A stretch of 64,000 bases of DNA, taken from positions 3,776,001-3,840,000 of the forward strand of contig CH464491.1 of NCBI GenBank assembly GCA_000002445.1, given 5' to 3'. Both the position numbers and the translations under genes were made by a program. The stretch is from Trypanosoma brucei. Lineage: Eukaryota. A model generated the notes under the pieces. It was given only the letters and a program-made list of their open reading frames with translations. It was not told where the DNA came from and ran no database searches. Of this stretch, positions 1-9,992 are shown piece by piece. Within the stretch, counting starts at the first letter, position 1; every line of letters begins with the position of its first letter.

Positions 1-887
1 AATGCGATCTGCGCATAGCACCACCGCGTCACGCGCACGATCCTGTTACCTCCACAGTGCAGCGGAAGTTATTATCTCCTCTTCCCACTGTAAGGATTTG
101 TGACCCTACAACTTCTCTCGGTCCCGTAAGTGTTACTGAGCCCATTCGCGTGTGCTCCATGTCTTCACCTGTGGGTACGTTGTCTCCGATAGAGAGGGCT
201 TGTAGCTCCGGTTACTCCTCTTCCGAAGAGAGTACAATCACAATTATTCGTGCACTAGACGATACTGTGAAACCCCGTACGGTACGGCACGTGCGGTTCG
301 CTCCGTCCAGATTGAGTAGCTCTCCTCACTGTGCCCGTGTTTCCCCTCCCACGGAGGGAGCTGACCGCGGCGGTGTGTGTACACGGGGTTCATTTTTTCC
401 TACTCGTTTCACAGTTGCCACACTTGAGAGGCAATATACCGAGTCAGGTGCTTCCACTCAACAATGCGCGGCGGCGTCAGAGTCTGAGTGCCATCGAGGT
501 GGGGAAATTGCTGCACCTTCCGAGGTTGAGACCGGTGGCGGTCCTAATGATATTGATACCGTACATTATGTTAGGCGACGTGTGACTAGTAGCCGACGCC
601 CCTCAACTCGCCTGTCTGCAAGCAATACCTCAGTGGAGTTGTTAATTTCAAACAACTCAGCGGCAACTTGCTCTAGTCCCGGCGCGAAAGGTAGAGGTCG
701 ACATGCTCAGTGTAATATTCCCCGAAAGAGGTGGCGTAAATCCGAGTCACGCGGGGTGAGTGCGGGTACAAGTGCCAGTGTAAGTGCCGCACGACCGAGA
801 ACTGCGGTTGTCGCGGAGGAGGAGAAAGAGGAGGGAATAGACGCTGGTATTACACTTGCCTGTGGTCCCACCCTGTTTTTCGAGTAA
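1..887 (+). CDS. 5'-truncated CDS (3' end of a gene starting upstream of the window); Ser/Arg/Thr-rich low-complexity protein of unknown function
   Basis: Frame 3 is open from nt 3 to the stop at 885-887. The track 'start' at 57 is a GTG, and the reading frame continues to the window edge, so the gene is probably cut at its 5' end. Composition is low-complexity with no recognisable domain. Confidence 0.35.
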   Translation, partial: CDLRIAPPRHAHDPVTSTVQRKLLSPLPTVRICDPTTSLGPVSVTEPIRVCSMSSPVGTLSPIERACSSGYSSSEESTITIIRALDDTVKPRTVRHVRFAPSRLSSSPHCARVSPPTEGADRGGVCTRGSFFPTRFTVATLERQYTESGASTQQCAAASESECHRGGEIAAPSEVETGGGPNDIDTVHYVRRRVTSSRRPSTRLSASNTSVELLISNNSAATCSSPGAKGRGRHAQCNIPRKRWRKSESRGVSAGTSASVSAARPRTAVVAEEEKEEGIDAGITLACGPTLFFE

Positions 888-1342
888 TCATCACATACAA
901 AGTTCTTCACATTATTACGGGATGTGCTATTTCATATCCCGTTCCCCACTTGTTCTCTAGCCCTTTTTCCCTCCTTTTTTAATGTTTTACATTGGTGCTT
1001 TATGTAATAGTGCGGTGACCTGTTATTACGGTTGTCGTTATCCTTAAAAAAAAACCTAATCCGCTTTCCTTCAGTGTGCCCGAATAACGATTCTTTTGCA
1101 GTTCAAGGTGACCGTGGCGCTTGGGGTGGGTCGCGTTGCCTTCATGTGTGGATTTCACCGCAGTGGGTAAATTTGTCTTTTTCCGTACGTTGTGTGTTCC
1201 CACCGCACGCAGTGCCGAGCGAGTGAAGTATTTTTAGGTAGGAGCATACAGACGTTTCGATATTCAGGTGCGCCCCTTTCTCGGTACGTTGGACCCGAAA
1301 GAGTTGTCTGTGTGTTGCTTTTAGTGTGATTTTATTAAAGGG

Positions 1343-2167
1343 ATGTTGACCACCACCGACGTTGGTGGTGTAGTTCGCCGTATCAACGTGGATTACAAAA
1401 AGTTGAAGGCTGCGTACGATCAAAATAATGACAGCCTTTGTCTCAACCTTGTCAACGGCCTGAAAAAACAACTGATTCTTCTACCAACGTTCCTCAATCC
1501 TGCCGCGGCAAGCGCTACGTGGCTGGAGGAAGTTACCCTTACACGTGAAGTTCTGGAGTACGCTGTGTTGGTGAGTGCCCGGTTGGAGGACCTCGCCAGT
1601 TTTGAGTTGTACTTCAACCAACTAAGTGTGTACTACACTGACATTGATCCCACGAAGTTGGAAGAGTCACCCTTGTACTCACTGATACTAGGTTTAAACC
1701 TTGTTCGTCTGCTAGTGGATGACCGCATTGCACAGTTTCACACGGAATTGGAGAAGGTACCCAACCACATATATGCCCCGAATGCCTACGTCCGCTTTGC
1801 AGTGCTGCTGGAGCGGTATCTGATGGAAGGGAGTTACAGTAAACTACTCAACTCCCGCGACCAGGCACCGTCAAAAGAGTATATCCCCATTGTGGGAATG
1901 CTGGAGAAAACGGTGCGCCAAGGTGTTGCCGAGTGTATCCCACACTCCTACGCAAAGTTATCATTTGAACGTGCGCAGAAGATATTGATGGTGGACTCTA
2001 CAGATGCCGTCCGGGAGATTGGTAAGCAGTATGAGTGGGAACTGGGTAAGGATGGAGCCAGCTTCGTTTTCACCCGGAGGGAAGATATCGCAAAAAGGGA
2101 GGTTCCGTTTCAAGAAATGCTCGGTCATCACCTTAACTTTGCCGCTGATCTGCAGCGCATTGTGTAG
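1343..2167 (+). CDS. RPN12: 26S proteasome regulatory (lid) subunit RPN12 / PSMD8 homologue (PCI/CSN8 family)
   Basis: ATG verified at 1343. The 274 aa length matches yeast Rpn12. The segments 'FELYFNQLSVYY', 'FHTELEKV' and 'LERYLMEGSYSKLL' are colinear with yeast Rpn12 'FENYFNQLKPYY', 'FHSELQYL' and 'LDRWLMEGSYQKAW'. Confidence 0.8.
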   Translation: MLTTTDVGGVVRRINVDYKKLKAAYDQNNDSLCLNLVNGLKKQLILLPTFLNPAAASATWLEEVTLTREVLEYAVLVSARLEDLASFELYFNQLSVYYTDIDPTKLEESPLYSLILGLNLVRLLVDDRIAQFHTELEKVPNHIYAPNAYVRFAVLLERYLMEGSYSKLLNSRDQAPSKEYIPIVGMLEKTVRQGVAECIPHSYAKLSFERAQKILMVDSTDAVREIGKQYEWELGKDGASFVFTRREDIAKREVPFQEMLGHHLNFAADLQRIV

Positions 2168-2485
2168 TCTCCCGGTGTGTAAATGCGTGAGGTAAGAAGG
2201 GAGAGTACCGAGGATGGTGTTAGATAGCAAACTTGGTAAAGTGGACGTACCAGTTCCACTCATTTTTGCGCACAAATGAGTGTGTGACACAAATTTTTGG
2301 TACCGTGCCCCTTTTTCCCGTTTCTATTATTCTTCTGTTTGTGACAACAGCAGACACGCATTCAAATTAATTGTCACTCCTTATTTTAAAAAAAAATTGT
2401 ACGAGTGCTTTGTTTCTGCAATTCTTTTCTGTGTTTGTTTTCGTTTTGTTTGCGAAAAAAAAAGGTTAGTATTCTTTTCGCTTAG

Positions 2486-4954
2486 ATGATGAGTGCAAAA
2501 CTTGGGATCAATTTGAAGGGTCCCGCTGAGGTTTTTATCAAGCATCCTGATGGTTCTGAAACTCGGGTTATTCGGCGGAAAAAGGGCGTCGTACAGCAAC
2601 GCAACGATGTAGACTTGCTAAATCGTGATGAAGAACGGGAAATGGTGTATGCTTGCCCTCCGTATACAGCCAGCTTCAACGCTATGTTGAAGGAGCGGAA
2701 GGAAAAGAACAGTCGTGCCCTTGTAAACGCTGTTTTGGAACGGATGCACGCAGAATCTATTCCCCTCAATGTTATCACCTACAACTCGCTGTTGGAGCGT
2801 GTGGTAGGTGCTTCTGATGATATTGCCTTCGAATTGTATGATGAAATTAGGGAGGACTCTATGTGTGTGAATAGCAATGTTCAACCGGACCTCACTACAT
2901 ATCAGTTGCTCTTTCGCGCTTGTGAGCGCAAAAGCCAGTATCATCGTGCGTTTCATCTGTACATGCAAATGAGGGAGATGCCACACATTGTTCCAGATAC
3001 GACCACATATGACACGTTATTAGGTTTTTGTGCTGCGGTGAAAGATGTTCCCCAAGCCCTTTTCTTTATGGAGGAAATGAAAAAGAACTGCGTAGCTCCA
3101 AGCGTCAACACATACAATTGTCTAATGGGAGCACTTCGGGAAAAGGCACCTTACGAGGAAACTTTACGCGTATACAATGGGATGACAGAGTGGGGTGTTA
3201 AGCCAACTGTACGAACATTCAATACAGTAACTGGAGCTGCACTCATTCACGATGACTATGAGATGGCCTTTCAGTTGTTTGAAGAAATGAAGAAGCAGGG
3301 AGTACTCCCAAATGTTGTTTCATACAACACACTACTCTGTTTGGTACGGCAACGACTCGACTACGTAATGGGGCGCAATGCGTACGCAAGTGTAAAGCGA
3401 ACAAGAGAGCAACAGGCACATGGTATGAAAGCTATTTCTGAACTGACAACGACGCTTTTTCATGAAATGGGCTCGATGGTTGTGGAGCCGAACACCTTCA
3501 CTTTTAACTTAGTAATGGAAATACTCATTGAGTGTGATGATTTTGGTGTTTTCGACATTTATCGCATGATGCAGGAACACTACAACAAAAACAATAACAA
3601 AACGAGCATTATTGAAGAGAAAATAGAGGCAACACGGATGAGTGTTTCTATCATGATGGCGGAGGCAAGCCTCAGTTTAGACAGTAACAAGATTCAACCA
3701 AGGGAGAGAAATCCAAGTATCGATAGCATTTTGTGTTCTATTGACGTAAACAAGGACACATCAAATGCCGCAAACCTGGCCGGACTCCCTTCTCTTGACG
3801 TGATCATGGGTATGGACAACCGAAAGCGGTCTGCACGGATCACAGCTAACGAAATGCAACCGAACGTAGACACTTATCGACTTATTGTCCGCGCATGTTT
3901 GCATTTTGGATTTGCGAAGCATTGCCACTACTTTTATAACGCAATGCTCAACGAGGGTCTGGGTCCCGATTATAATTTCGCACTACTTATGGAAACTGTT
4001 TGTGAAGAGATCCGCGACGTTGAAAAGGCCTTCGCGGTACTTTCCCACGCAAAAATGGCGGGGGTTTATATTGACGTTTCACTATTCAACGCATACCTCA
4101 GAGTACTAGCTGCTGTTGGAGATGACAAACTGCTTTCAATACTGGGTGAGATGGAACTTGGTATTAACTCATTTTGTTCGCAACCGGACGTGGAAACGTA
4201 CAACATAGTGCTACGGTATCATCTTGGTTTGAAGCACTACGACGCGGTAGTGGAACTCTTTGATTCAATGTATGACTCGTACAGGCAAGTGAGACCGAAT
4301 GCCGACACCTATTTGTGGATGTTACAAACACACCGCGCAATGAATGATGCGGAAGCTGCAACGCAATTGCTCGAGTCCATGCACAAGCGGCAAATTCCAG
4401 TTGATATACAACACTATCACGAGTTGATGCGTGTGTACGTTCAGGCGGGCGACGAAAGGTTGTTACAAGTCTTTCAACAGCTCCAAAATGGCGACGACGG
4501 AGAATATCAATACCCAAAGGTAGATGTGATTTGTTTTTCCCTTGTCATGGAATATTACGTTCGACTCAAAGAATGGGATAAGCTGGATGCACTTTTTCAT
4601 AAACTTCTGGGCTACCCGGATATGGAAGCAGATGTTAACTGTTATAACATTATGTTTGACATGTGCCTTCTCTGCGGTAAGTACGTAGAAGCGAAGTCCC
4701 TGTTCAACGAATTGCGCATGAAGTGTGTGAAACCAGATCTAAGAATGTACAACACACTCCTTCACATATTTGCCGCCGCTGCTGATAGCGCGATGTATGA
4801 AGTTTTAGAAACAATGAGGATGAACCATGTAGCTCCAGAGGCTAGCACGTTGTCCATCTTACTGCAATACGCCGAGGGAAGACACCTGGTGTCAGATGCT
4901 GTGGCACGCAATCTTTTCTGGGACCCAACAACGGATCTAAAGGGTCTTCTTTAG
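2486..4954 (+). CDS. Pentatricopeptide-repeat (PPR) protein, probably mitochondrial RNA-binding
   Basis: ATG at 2486, 822 aa. More than 10 tandem 35-aa PPR units with the hallmark 'x(T/S)YNxLL' starts: ITYNSLL, TTYDTLL, NTYNCLM, RTFNTV, VSYNTLL, FTFNLVM, DTYRLIV, ETYNIVL, DTYLWML, NCYNIMF, RMYNTLL. Confidence 0.85.
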   Translation: MMSAKLGINLKGPAEVFIKHPDGSETRVIRRKKGVVQQRNDVDLLNRDEEREMVYACPPYTASFNAMLKERKEKNSRALVNAVLERMHAESIPLNVITYNSLLERVVGASDDIAFELYDEIREDSMCVNSNVQPDLTTYQLLFRACERKSQYHRAFHLYMQMREMPHIVPDTTTYDTLLGFCAAVKDVPQALFFMEEMKKNCVAPSVNTYNCLMGALREKAPYEETLRVYNGMTEWGVKPTVRTFNTVTGAALIHDDYEMAFQLFEEMKKQGVLPNVVSYNTLLCLVRQRLDYVMGRNAYASVKRTREQQAHGMKAISELTTTLFHEMGSMVVEPNTFTFNLVMEILIECDDFGVFDIYRMMQEHYNKNNNKTSIIEEKIEATRMSVSIMMAEASLSLDSNKIQPRERNPSIDSILCSIDVNKDTSNAANLAGLPSLDVIMGMDNRKRSARITANEMQPNVDTYRLIVRACLHFGFAKHCHYFYNAMLNEGLGPDYNFALLMETVCEEIRDVEKAFAVLSHAKMAGVYIDVSLFNAYLRVLAAVGDDKLLSILGEMELGINSFCSQPDVETYNIVLRYHLGLKHYDAVVELFDSMYDSYRQVRPNADTYLWMLQTHRAMNDAEAATQLLESMHKRQIPVDIQHYHELMRVYVQAGDERLLQVFQQLQNGDDGEYQYPKVDVICFSLVMEYYVRLKEWDKLDALFHKLLGYPDMEADVNCYNIMFDMCLLCGKYVEAKSLFNELRMKCVKPDLRMYNTLLHIFAAAADSAMYEVLETMRMNHVAPEASTLSILLQYAEGRHLVSDAVARNLFWDPTTDLKGLL

Positions 4955-5511
4955 AGCGGGTAGAACTCACCTTTGTACATATACGTATGTGCATGTATCT
5001 ATATAAGTATGCGTGTTTGTATTTGACACCACTGCGCAACATGACGTTCGTGTATATCCTCTATGTTAATGTACAATTTGTATCTTCTTGTCTTAATGAC
5101 TTACTTACAGTGGAGTTACTTATACACGGAAACACCGTTCGTAATCTGGAGGCTCTGCGCCCTCCGTTCACGCTTATATCGGTGGTGTTGCTTTCCTGTT
5201 GGATAAAGTGACATTTCGAATTCCTTTTTGTTGCCGAGAGAATATCGTTAGACAATCACTTCGATTTTATTGGATCGCATCTTTTTTTTTTCTTTCCGCA
5301 TGCTGTCAACCTCGCTTCTCTCTTTCCTGTCATCCCTTTTTTTGTTAACATGTGTGTTTGTGTCCGTGTCTAACTTGTGAGAAGCCTGCGAGGGTGCTCA
5401 TTTGCCAACCCAAGGTATATCTTTGGGTACCAATTGAAAGTACAACAAAGGAAAGGAAGAAAATTACAACTTCCACGTTGACCGCTAGTTGACGTTATAC
5501 GATTAAACAAA

Positions 5512-7785
5512 ATGACTATTTTGCGGCGTGTGACATCTGCCGGGCGCCGCCGAGAGCAGGCGTCAAAGGCAGTGCAAACGGAAATGACATATCCACCTGA
5601 TTGTTCAAATCTTGACAACTATGTTGAGGCGTGCGCGGCTAGCCAGTTCCAAGACTTATGTAGACTACGAAGTATGATTGAGGATGCCCTGAAGGAAGTT
5701 GCGTGTTCCGTGTATGACGTCAACTCTTTCAAAGATGTCATTTTTAAACTCGACGATCAATTATCGTCGAAGCTACCCCTAACAGACCTACTACTACTAA
5801 CATCGAAACTCTTTCGGCGTACGGCGAACCTTGGTCGCTTTCTTGCTTGTTTCTTTGCCGTTATATTTGCAGAAGGGCACGCGGACGAACGGTTTCACTT
5901 CACTGAGTTGCGATTGCTTCGGCGAGAGTTGCTCGAACTGAAGGGGAAGTACGCTAAAGTAGAGGAGGAGCGTGTTCGTCTACAACACATGCTGGATGAA
6001 GCCGGTGAGGTCGCCATCAACCACAACAGGACAGTGGAGCTGCTTGAGGCACGAAATGCTGTGCTAAAGTTGCACTCTTTGGGATTGGAGGATCAAATGG
6101 CTTTGCTTTTTTCGCAGATGAACAAAGACATGCAGCGGTATTGCAAAGATGCCTACGATAAGGTTTATAGCGAGTTTGACCAAGATCAGGCTAACATGTC
6201 CAAAGAAGTTTTCCGGCAGTCTATGGACACTCTCAGTGATCAGCTTCGCCATTCTCGGACGCTTATCACCGAAGTTCGTGACCTTGTCATGAATTGTGCT
6301 CAGTCTCCCACTGGAGGGTCTCGCGCGGCCGATCAAAAGATAGCGAAGGAACCAAGCATCCGTTTTAAACTCAAGCAGGTTGAGGGCAACTTTCAACATA
6401 TTGTGGCCCGCTTCTCTGCCGTGAAGGACTTTGTCTCCGAGACAACTCACAACCTCATGAGTGCAATGCAGGAAAGGAAGAATATTCTCTTCCTGGCTCT
6501 GCAGCATATTCGTTTGTACGATATACAGAATTCAAAGATGCGTAAGTGCAAAGCCAGTTTGTCAGAGATGAAACGCCTTGTTAATAACCTTCAAAAGCGT
6601 ATGCCTTTAACGTTTCCACCTGGAACAGTTGCGATAGTGGATCGCATAGGGCACATATCCACGCAAAAGTGGCACGTCGGGTGCACACTCGAAGCAATCC
6701 GTGGCCAGCGAAGTGGAGAACCTGTAGACGATCGAGTCATGGCTGGCTCACCTACGCGGGATGATGCCAGTGACCAAGGGCGGCAGTGCTCCAAGACGCT
6801 TGGTGCATCCGAGCCCCAAGTGCAAAGGTCAACTGCTCAGCACCACCTTACGGGGTTACACGGGCTGGATGACCACTCTGACGAGCACCCCACTACTGAA
6901 ACGCGGAGCATGCCATCGTACGTGAGCAGCAATCACACAACCGCTTTTCAGAGTGTTTACAGTATGATTGACATGATTTCTACTCTGGGCACTCAGATAG
7001 ACGAACTTAACGACAACCTGATGTTTGAGAACGAGGTAAACACCTTCCTCAAAATACTTACTCTCTCAATCCCTACCACTCCTCGTGGCACGGATGAGCT
7101 GAGCAATGCAATTGATGAGGAAGTCAGATTGGGATTAGCTCTTTTCCCTACGGGTGACATTGGTGGAAAGCATCCCCAATCTGTTATGGGAGCCTCTGTG
7201 GTTCCTAACGCAAGTGACCGTGATGGGGCGCCGGTGCTGGCTGGCACTACCAGTGATAGTAAAACAGAGGCGCTCCCACATCAAGAAAGGGTGAAGGACG
7301 GCTCTGTCACATCCTCAGAAACAGAAAAGCAAGTGGTAAAGGAGGTACAAGAAGGTACCATGGCCGAGTTTGCTTCAAAACTGGGATTCCTCCGGCACAC
7401 TTACGAAACTCGCATAGCCGATTTGGAGCGACGCGAGGCAGATTTCCATCGATTCCTTGCTGGGGGTGCTTTTAAACTGAAGGAGAAGCACGATGAGTCC
7501 AAAGACGCAGGTCGGAAGGGTAGTCCCCAAAACCGCAATGTACGGGGCAGGCAGAGATCTAAGGCTGGTTCCGTTTCAGAGGAACGCAAGCAACAGGAAG
7601 ACATGAACCAGTTGGTGCAGGCTCGCTCGGAGTGGCAGCAGTCGAAAGTAGATCTTCAAAACAACAAAAGGTTACGGGAAACGGTAATGAAGGAGATAAC
7701 CAAAATGTCCAATGTGAGCTCAGACACCGGAGAGGTGACAGACTACATTGATAGGAGTGAGAGATCCAACAGCTCAGCTATGTGA
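5512..7785 (+). CDS. Hypothetical 757-aa protein with coiled-coil segments and an acidic/Ser-rich C-terminal half
   Basis: ATG verified at 5512. This is a long uninterrupted ORF on the coding strand of the unit. Heptad-like E/K/L-rich stretches occur, for example 'LRLLRRELLELKGKYAKVEEERVRLQHMLDEAGE'. No catalytic motif was recognised. Confidence 0.6.
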   Translation: MTILRRVTSAGRRREQASKAVQTEMTYPPDCSNLDNYVEACAASQFQDLCRLRSMIEDALKEVACSVYDVNSFKDVIFKLDDQLSSKLPLTDLLLLTSKLFRRTANLGRFLACFFAVIFAEGHADERFHFTELRLLRRELLELKGKYAKVEEERVRLQHMLDEAGEVAINHNRTVELLEARNAVLKLHSLGLEDQMALLFSQMNKDMQRYCKDAYDKVYSEFDQDQANMSKEVFRQSMDTLSDQLRHSRTLITEVRDLVMNCAQSPTGGSRAADQKIAKEPSIRFKLKQVEGNFQHIVARFSAVKDFVSETTHNLMSAMQERKNILFLALQHIRLYDIQNSKMRKCKASLSEMKRLVNNLQKRMPLTFPPGTVAIVDRIGHISTQKWHVGCTLEAIRGQRSGEPVDDRVMAGSPTRDDASDQGRQCSKTLGASEPQVQRSTAQHHLTGLHGLDDHSDEHPTTETRSMPSYVSSNHTTAFQSVYSMIDMISTLGTQIDELNDNLMFENEVNTFLKILTLSIPTTPRGTDELSNAIDEEVRLGLALFPTGDIGGKHPQSVMGASVVPNASDRDGAPVLAGTTSDSKTEALPHQERVKDGSVTSSETEKQVVKEVQEGTMAEFASKLGFLRHTYETRIADLERREADFHRFLAGGAFKLKEKHDESKDAGRKGSPQNRNVRGRQRSKAGSVSEERKQQEDMNQLVQARSEWQQSKVDLQNNKRLRETVMKEITKMSNVSSDTGEVTDYIDRSERSNSSAM

Positions 7786-8420
7786 CAATCTCTCACTTAG
7801 AGTGGTGCGACGGCACGTGGTTCGCCAAATTTCGTTTAACGCGAGGTGTGTATATATGTACGTATAGAGGTAGGACCTGGAGGAGGGTTGGCGAAGGCCT
7901 AACTTACACATTGTGTGGTCATGCTTTGTTTCCTTCTAATTCTCCTTATTCCCTTTACACTATAACGTAGACATGTTTCACTGAGGTGGATATGTTGGTA
8001 TGGCAAATCCTGCCTCATGTTCCACTGGTGCATTCATTGCTGTCACCGGCGTTTTTGTGCTCTCGTGCAGGTGTGCTTGTGTTGCCAAACAACTGCTTGG
8101 GATCACCCCTATGATGACTTATGTAGAAAATGGGATGGTACATCGGTGAATATATATGTGTGCCGCTGTGGCATACCCATCAACCCTCTCTTCGCACTGA
8201 CCAAAATTTGCCCTGTGATTTTGTGACTCACAGTCTTTACGCGGCCCTGGTTCCCTGGTCAAAATCAAGTTTATCTCTCAGTTTTTTTGTTTTATTCCGT
8301 GGGACACCTACCTGCACGGGTGTGCACAAGAGCCTTAAGTTTGATCGGGAATTTCCCTTTTTTTAAAAAAAAAGCGATTTTGGAAAGATAGTGAGGTGAA
8401 AGAGGCTGAGCAAACTGCAC

Positions 8421-8478
8421 ATATATATATATATATATATAAACTAGTCAAACATCAAATTGAAAAATATATATATAT
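8421..8478. repeat. (AT)n microsatellites (8421-8441 and 8467-8478) just upstream of the ArfGAP start
   Basis: Read directly: 'atatatatatatatatatata' and 'atatatatatat'. Confidence 0.9.
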
Positions 8479-8486
8479 TACTTGCT

Positions 8487-9410
8487 ATGTCACATACTGC
8501 TGAGGATGCCCGTGTATTCCGTGAGATCCTGCAACGTGACGAAGAATGCAAACACTGCTTTGAGTGTGGTGCTTTAAGTCCACAGTGGTGCGATGTGAAT
8601 CACGGTGTTTTTGTCTGCCTGGACTGCAGTGGTGTTCACCGCAGCTTGGGGGTCCACCTTTCGTTTGTGCGTAGTCCCACCATGGATGGATGGACCAACT
8701 GGCGGCCGGAAAAACTTCGCCAGATGCAAATTGGTGGTAACCGGAGAGCCCGCGAATACTTTGAACGAAATGGAGTTCCCAAGGCACCCATCAGAGAGCG
8801 TTACCAATCTCTTGGTGCGCTACGGTACGGTGCCATGTTGGAAGCGGAAGCTCTTGGCCAACCGTTTGATGAGAGCTCGTGGGCACCACCTGAGTGGTAC
8901 GAGCGCATGGTGCAAAGTGAGCGAAACCGACCGAATGGCGAGGGGATGCCTCCGCAAGCACCTCAACAACATCGACCAATCAACGGCATGTGGGGAGAGG
9001 GCCATGGCAGTACGGGAAGTGGTGGTGGTAAGGAGTGGTTGGATACTCTCAGCGGTGGGTGGTCCGTATTTTCAAAGAAGACAAAAGAGATAGCGGAAAC
9101 GGCCGGCGCTCAAGCGCGATCTCTCATAACAGAAACGAATGTCGAGGGTGTAAAGGGCACGTTGGCGTCAGGTTGGGGCGCGATCTCGGGGTTTGCTACG
9201 CAGATGTCGTCGAAGCTTCTGAATAAAAATCAGGAAGATGATTTGAGCGTTTTGTCGGATATGACCCAACATGTAAAAACGGCAGTACAGGATGACAACC
9301 AAGGTTTAGTGGGTCGAAACATGACCCAAAGCCACTCTGAGGTTGGAAATGCGGCTTTTAAGGGTCAAGCAAACCCTTACGATGGGGACTTCCAATCAAA
9401 GAAAGACTAA
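8487..9410 (+). CDS. ADP-ribosylation factor GTPase-activating protein (ArfGAP)
   Basis: The track start at 8460 is TTG, and the first in-frame ATG is at 8487 (MSHTAEDAR...). The ArfGAP C4 zinc finger '[40 protein letters not shown]' is present with the catalytic Arg ('HRSLG'). Confidence 0.85.
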   Translation: MSHTAEDARVFREILQRDEECKHCFECGALSPQWCDVNHGVFVCLDCSGVHRSLGVHLSFVRSPTMDGWTNWRPEKLRQMQIGGNRRAREYFERNGVPKAPIRERYQSLGALRYGAMLEAEALGQPFDESSWAPPEWYERMVQSERNRPNGEGMPPQAPQQHRPINGMWGEGHGSTGSGGGKEWLDTLSGGWSVFSKKTKEIAETAGAQARSLITETNVEGVKGTLASGWGAISGFATQMSSKLLNKNQEDDLSVLSDMTQHVKTAVQDDNQGLVGRNMTQSHSEVGNAAFKGQANPYDGDFQSKKD

Positions 9411-9992
9411 AAATAGCCTGTTACATGGTAGTGTATACGACTATTTGTGAATATATGCCGCCTCTTTTTCAACCCGAGTGAGCGGAGCATTGGAACAAGG
9501 TGTCTTGGTGTCGCTTAAGTCTCTATGTGGGCAAGTTGTGTGTGCGTGTGTGGGGAGGGTTCCAGGTTGGTCTACTGTGCAAGTCGCACGCAAATTTTTA
9601 TTCCTGGTTCTAATTTCGCAGCCTGCATAAGGGTAAGTGTCTCTGTTCGTCGAAACTTATATGATTAGCTTTATGTACTGGGGTATACGAAAAAAAAAAG
9701 CGGTAAAGGGTGTTCCCGGTTAGCTTGAGAGTCTCTCCTTTTAGTCAGAGGAAATAAACCGTACGGTAGAGGAAGTGTGTACTGTTCGCCTCGTGCTTTT
9801 TCAGTTTGTCTCAACTCTGACTTCTCTATACTACGGTTTGATACCTTTGCTTTCGTTTCTATTGGGTAACTTGAACAGTTCTACATTCTTTTACTTTATT
9901 TTTATTTTATTCTTCCAACGCCCCCTTGTAAATCATGGGCACTTCCCCTCTTGGCGTTCTTCTCGCTGTTATAATAGCGCTTCACGAGCCGA

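Noticed and set aside
6064-6507. Antisense ORFs nested in long genes (for example 6064-6507, 13459-13905, 34656-35111, 47628-48116)
   Set aside because: They are opposite-strand shadows of confirmed CDSs in a unidirectionally transcribed unit and have no motifs.
8460-8486. Upstream extensions of several track ORFs (8460, 12743, 16499, 25599, 32637, 45388, 62000, 63671)
   Set aside because: Inspection of the nucleotides shows these 'M' codons are TTG or GTG. Kinetoplastid nuclear genes initiate at ATG, so the starts were moved to the first in-frame ATG.
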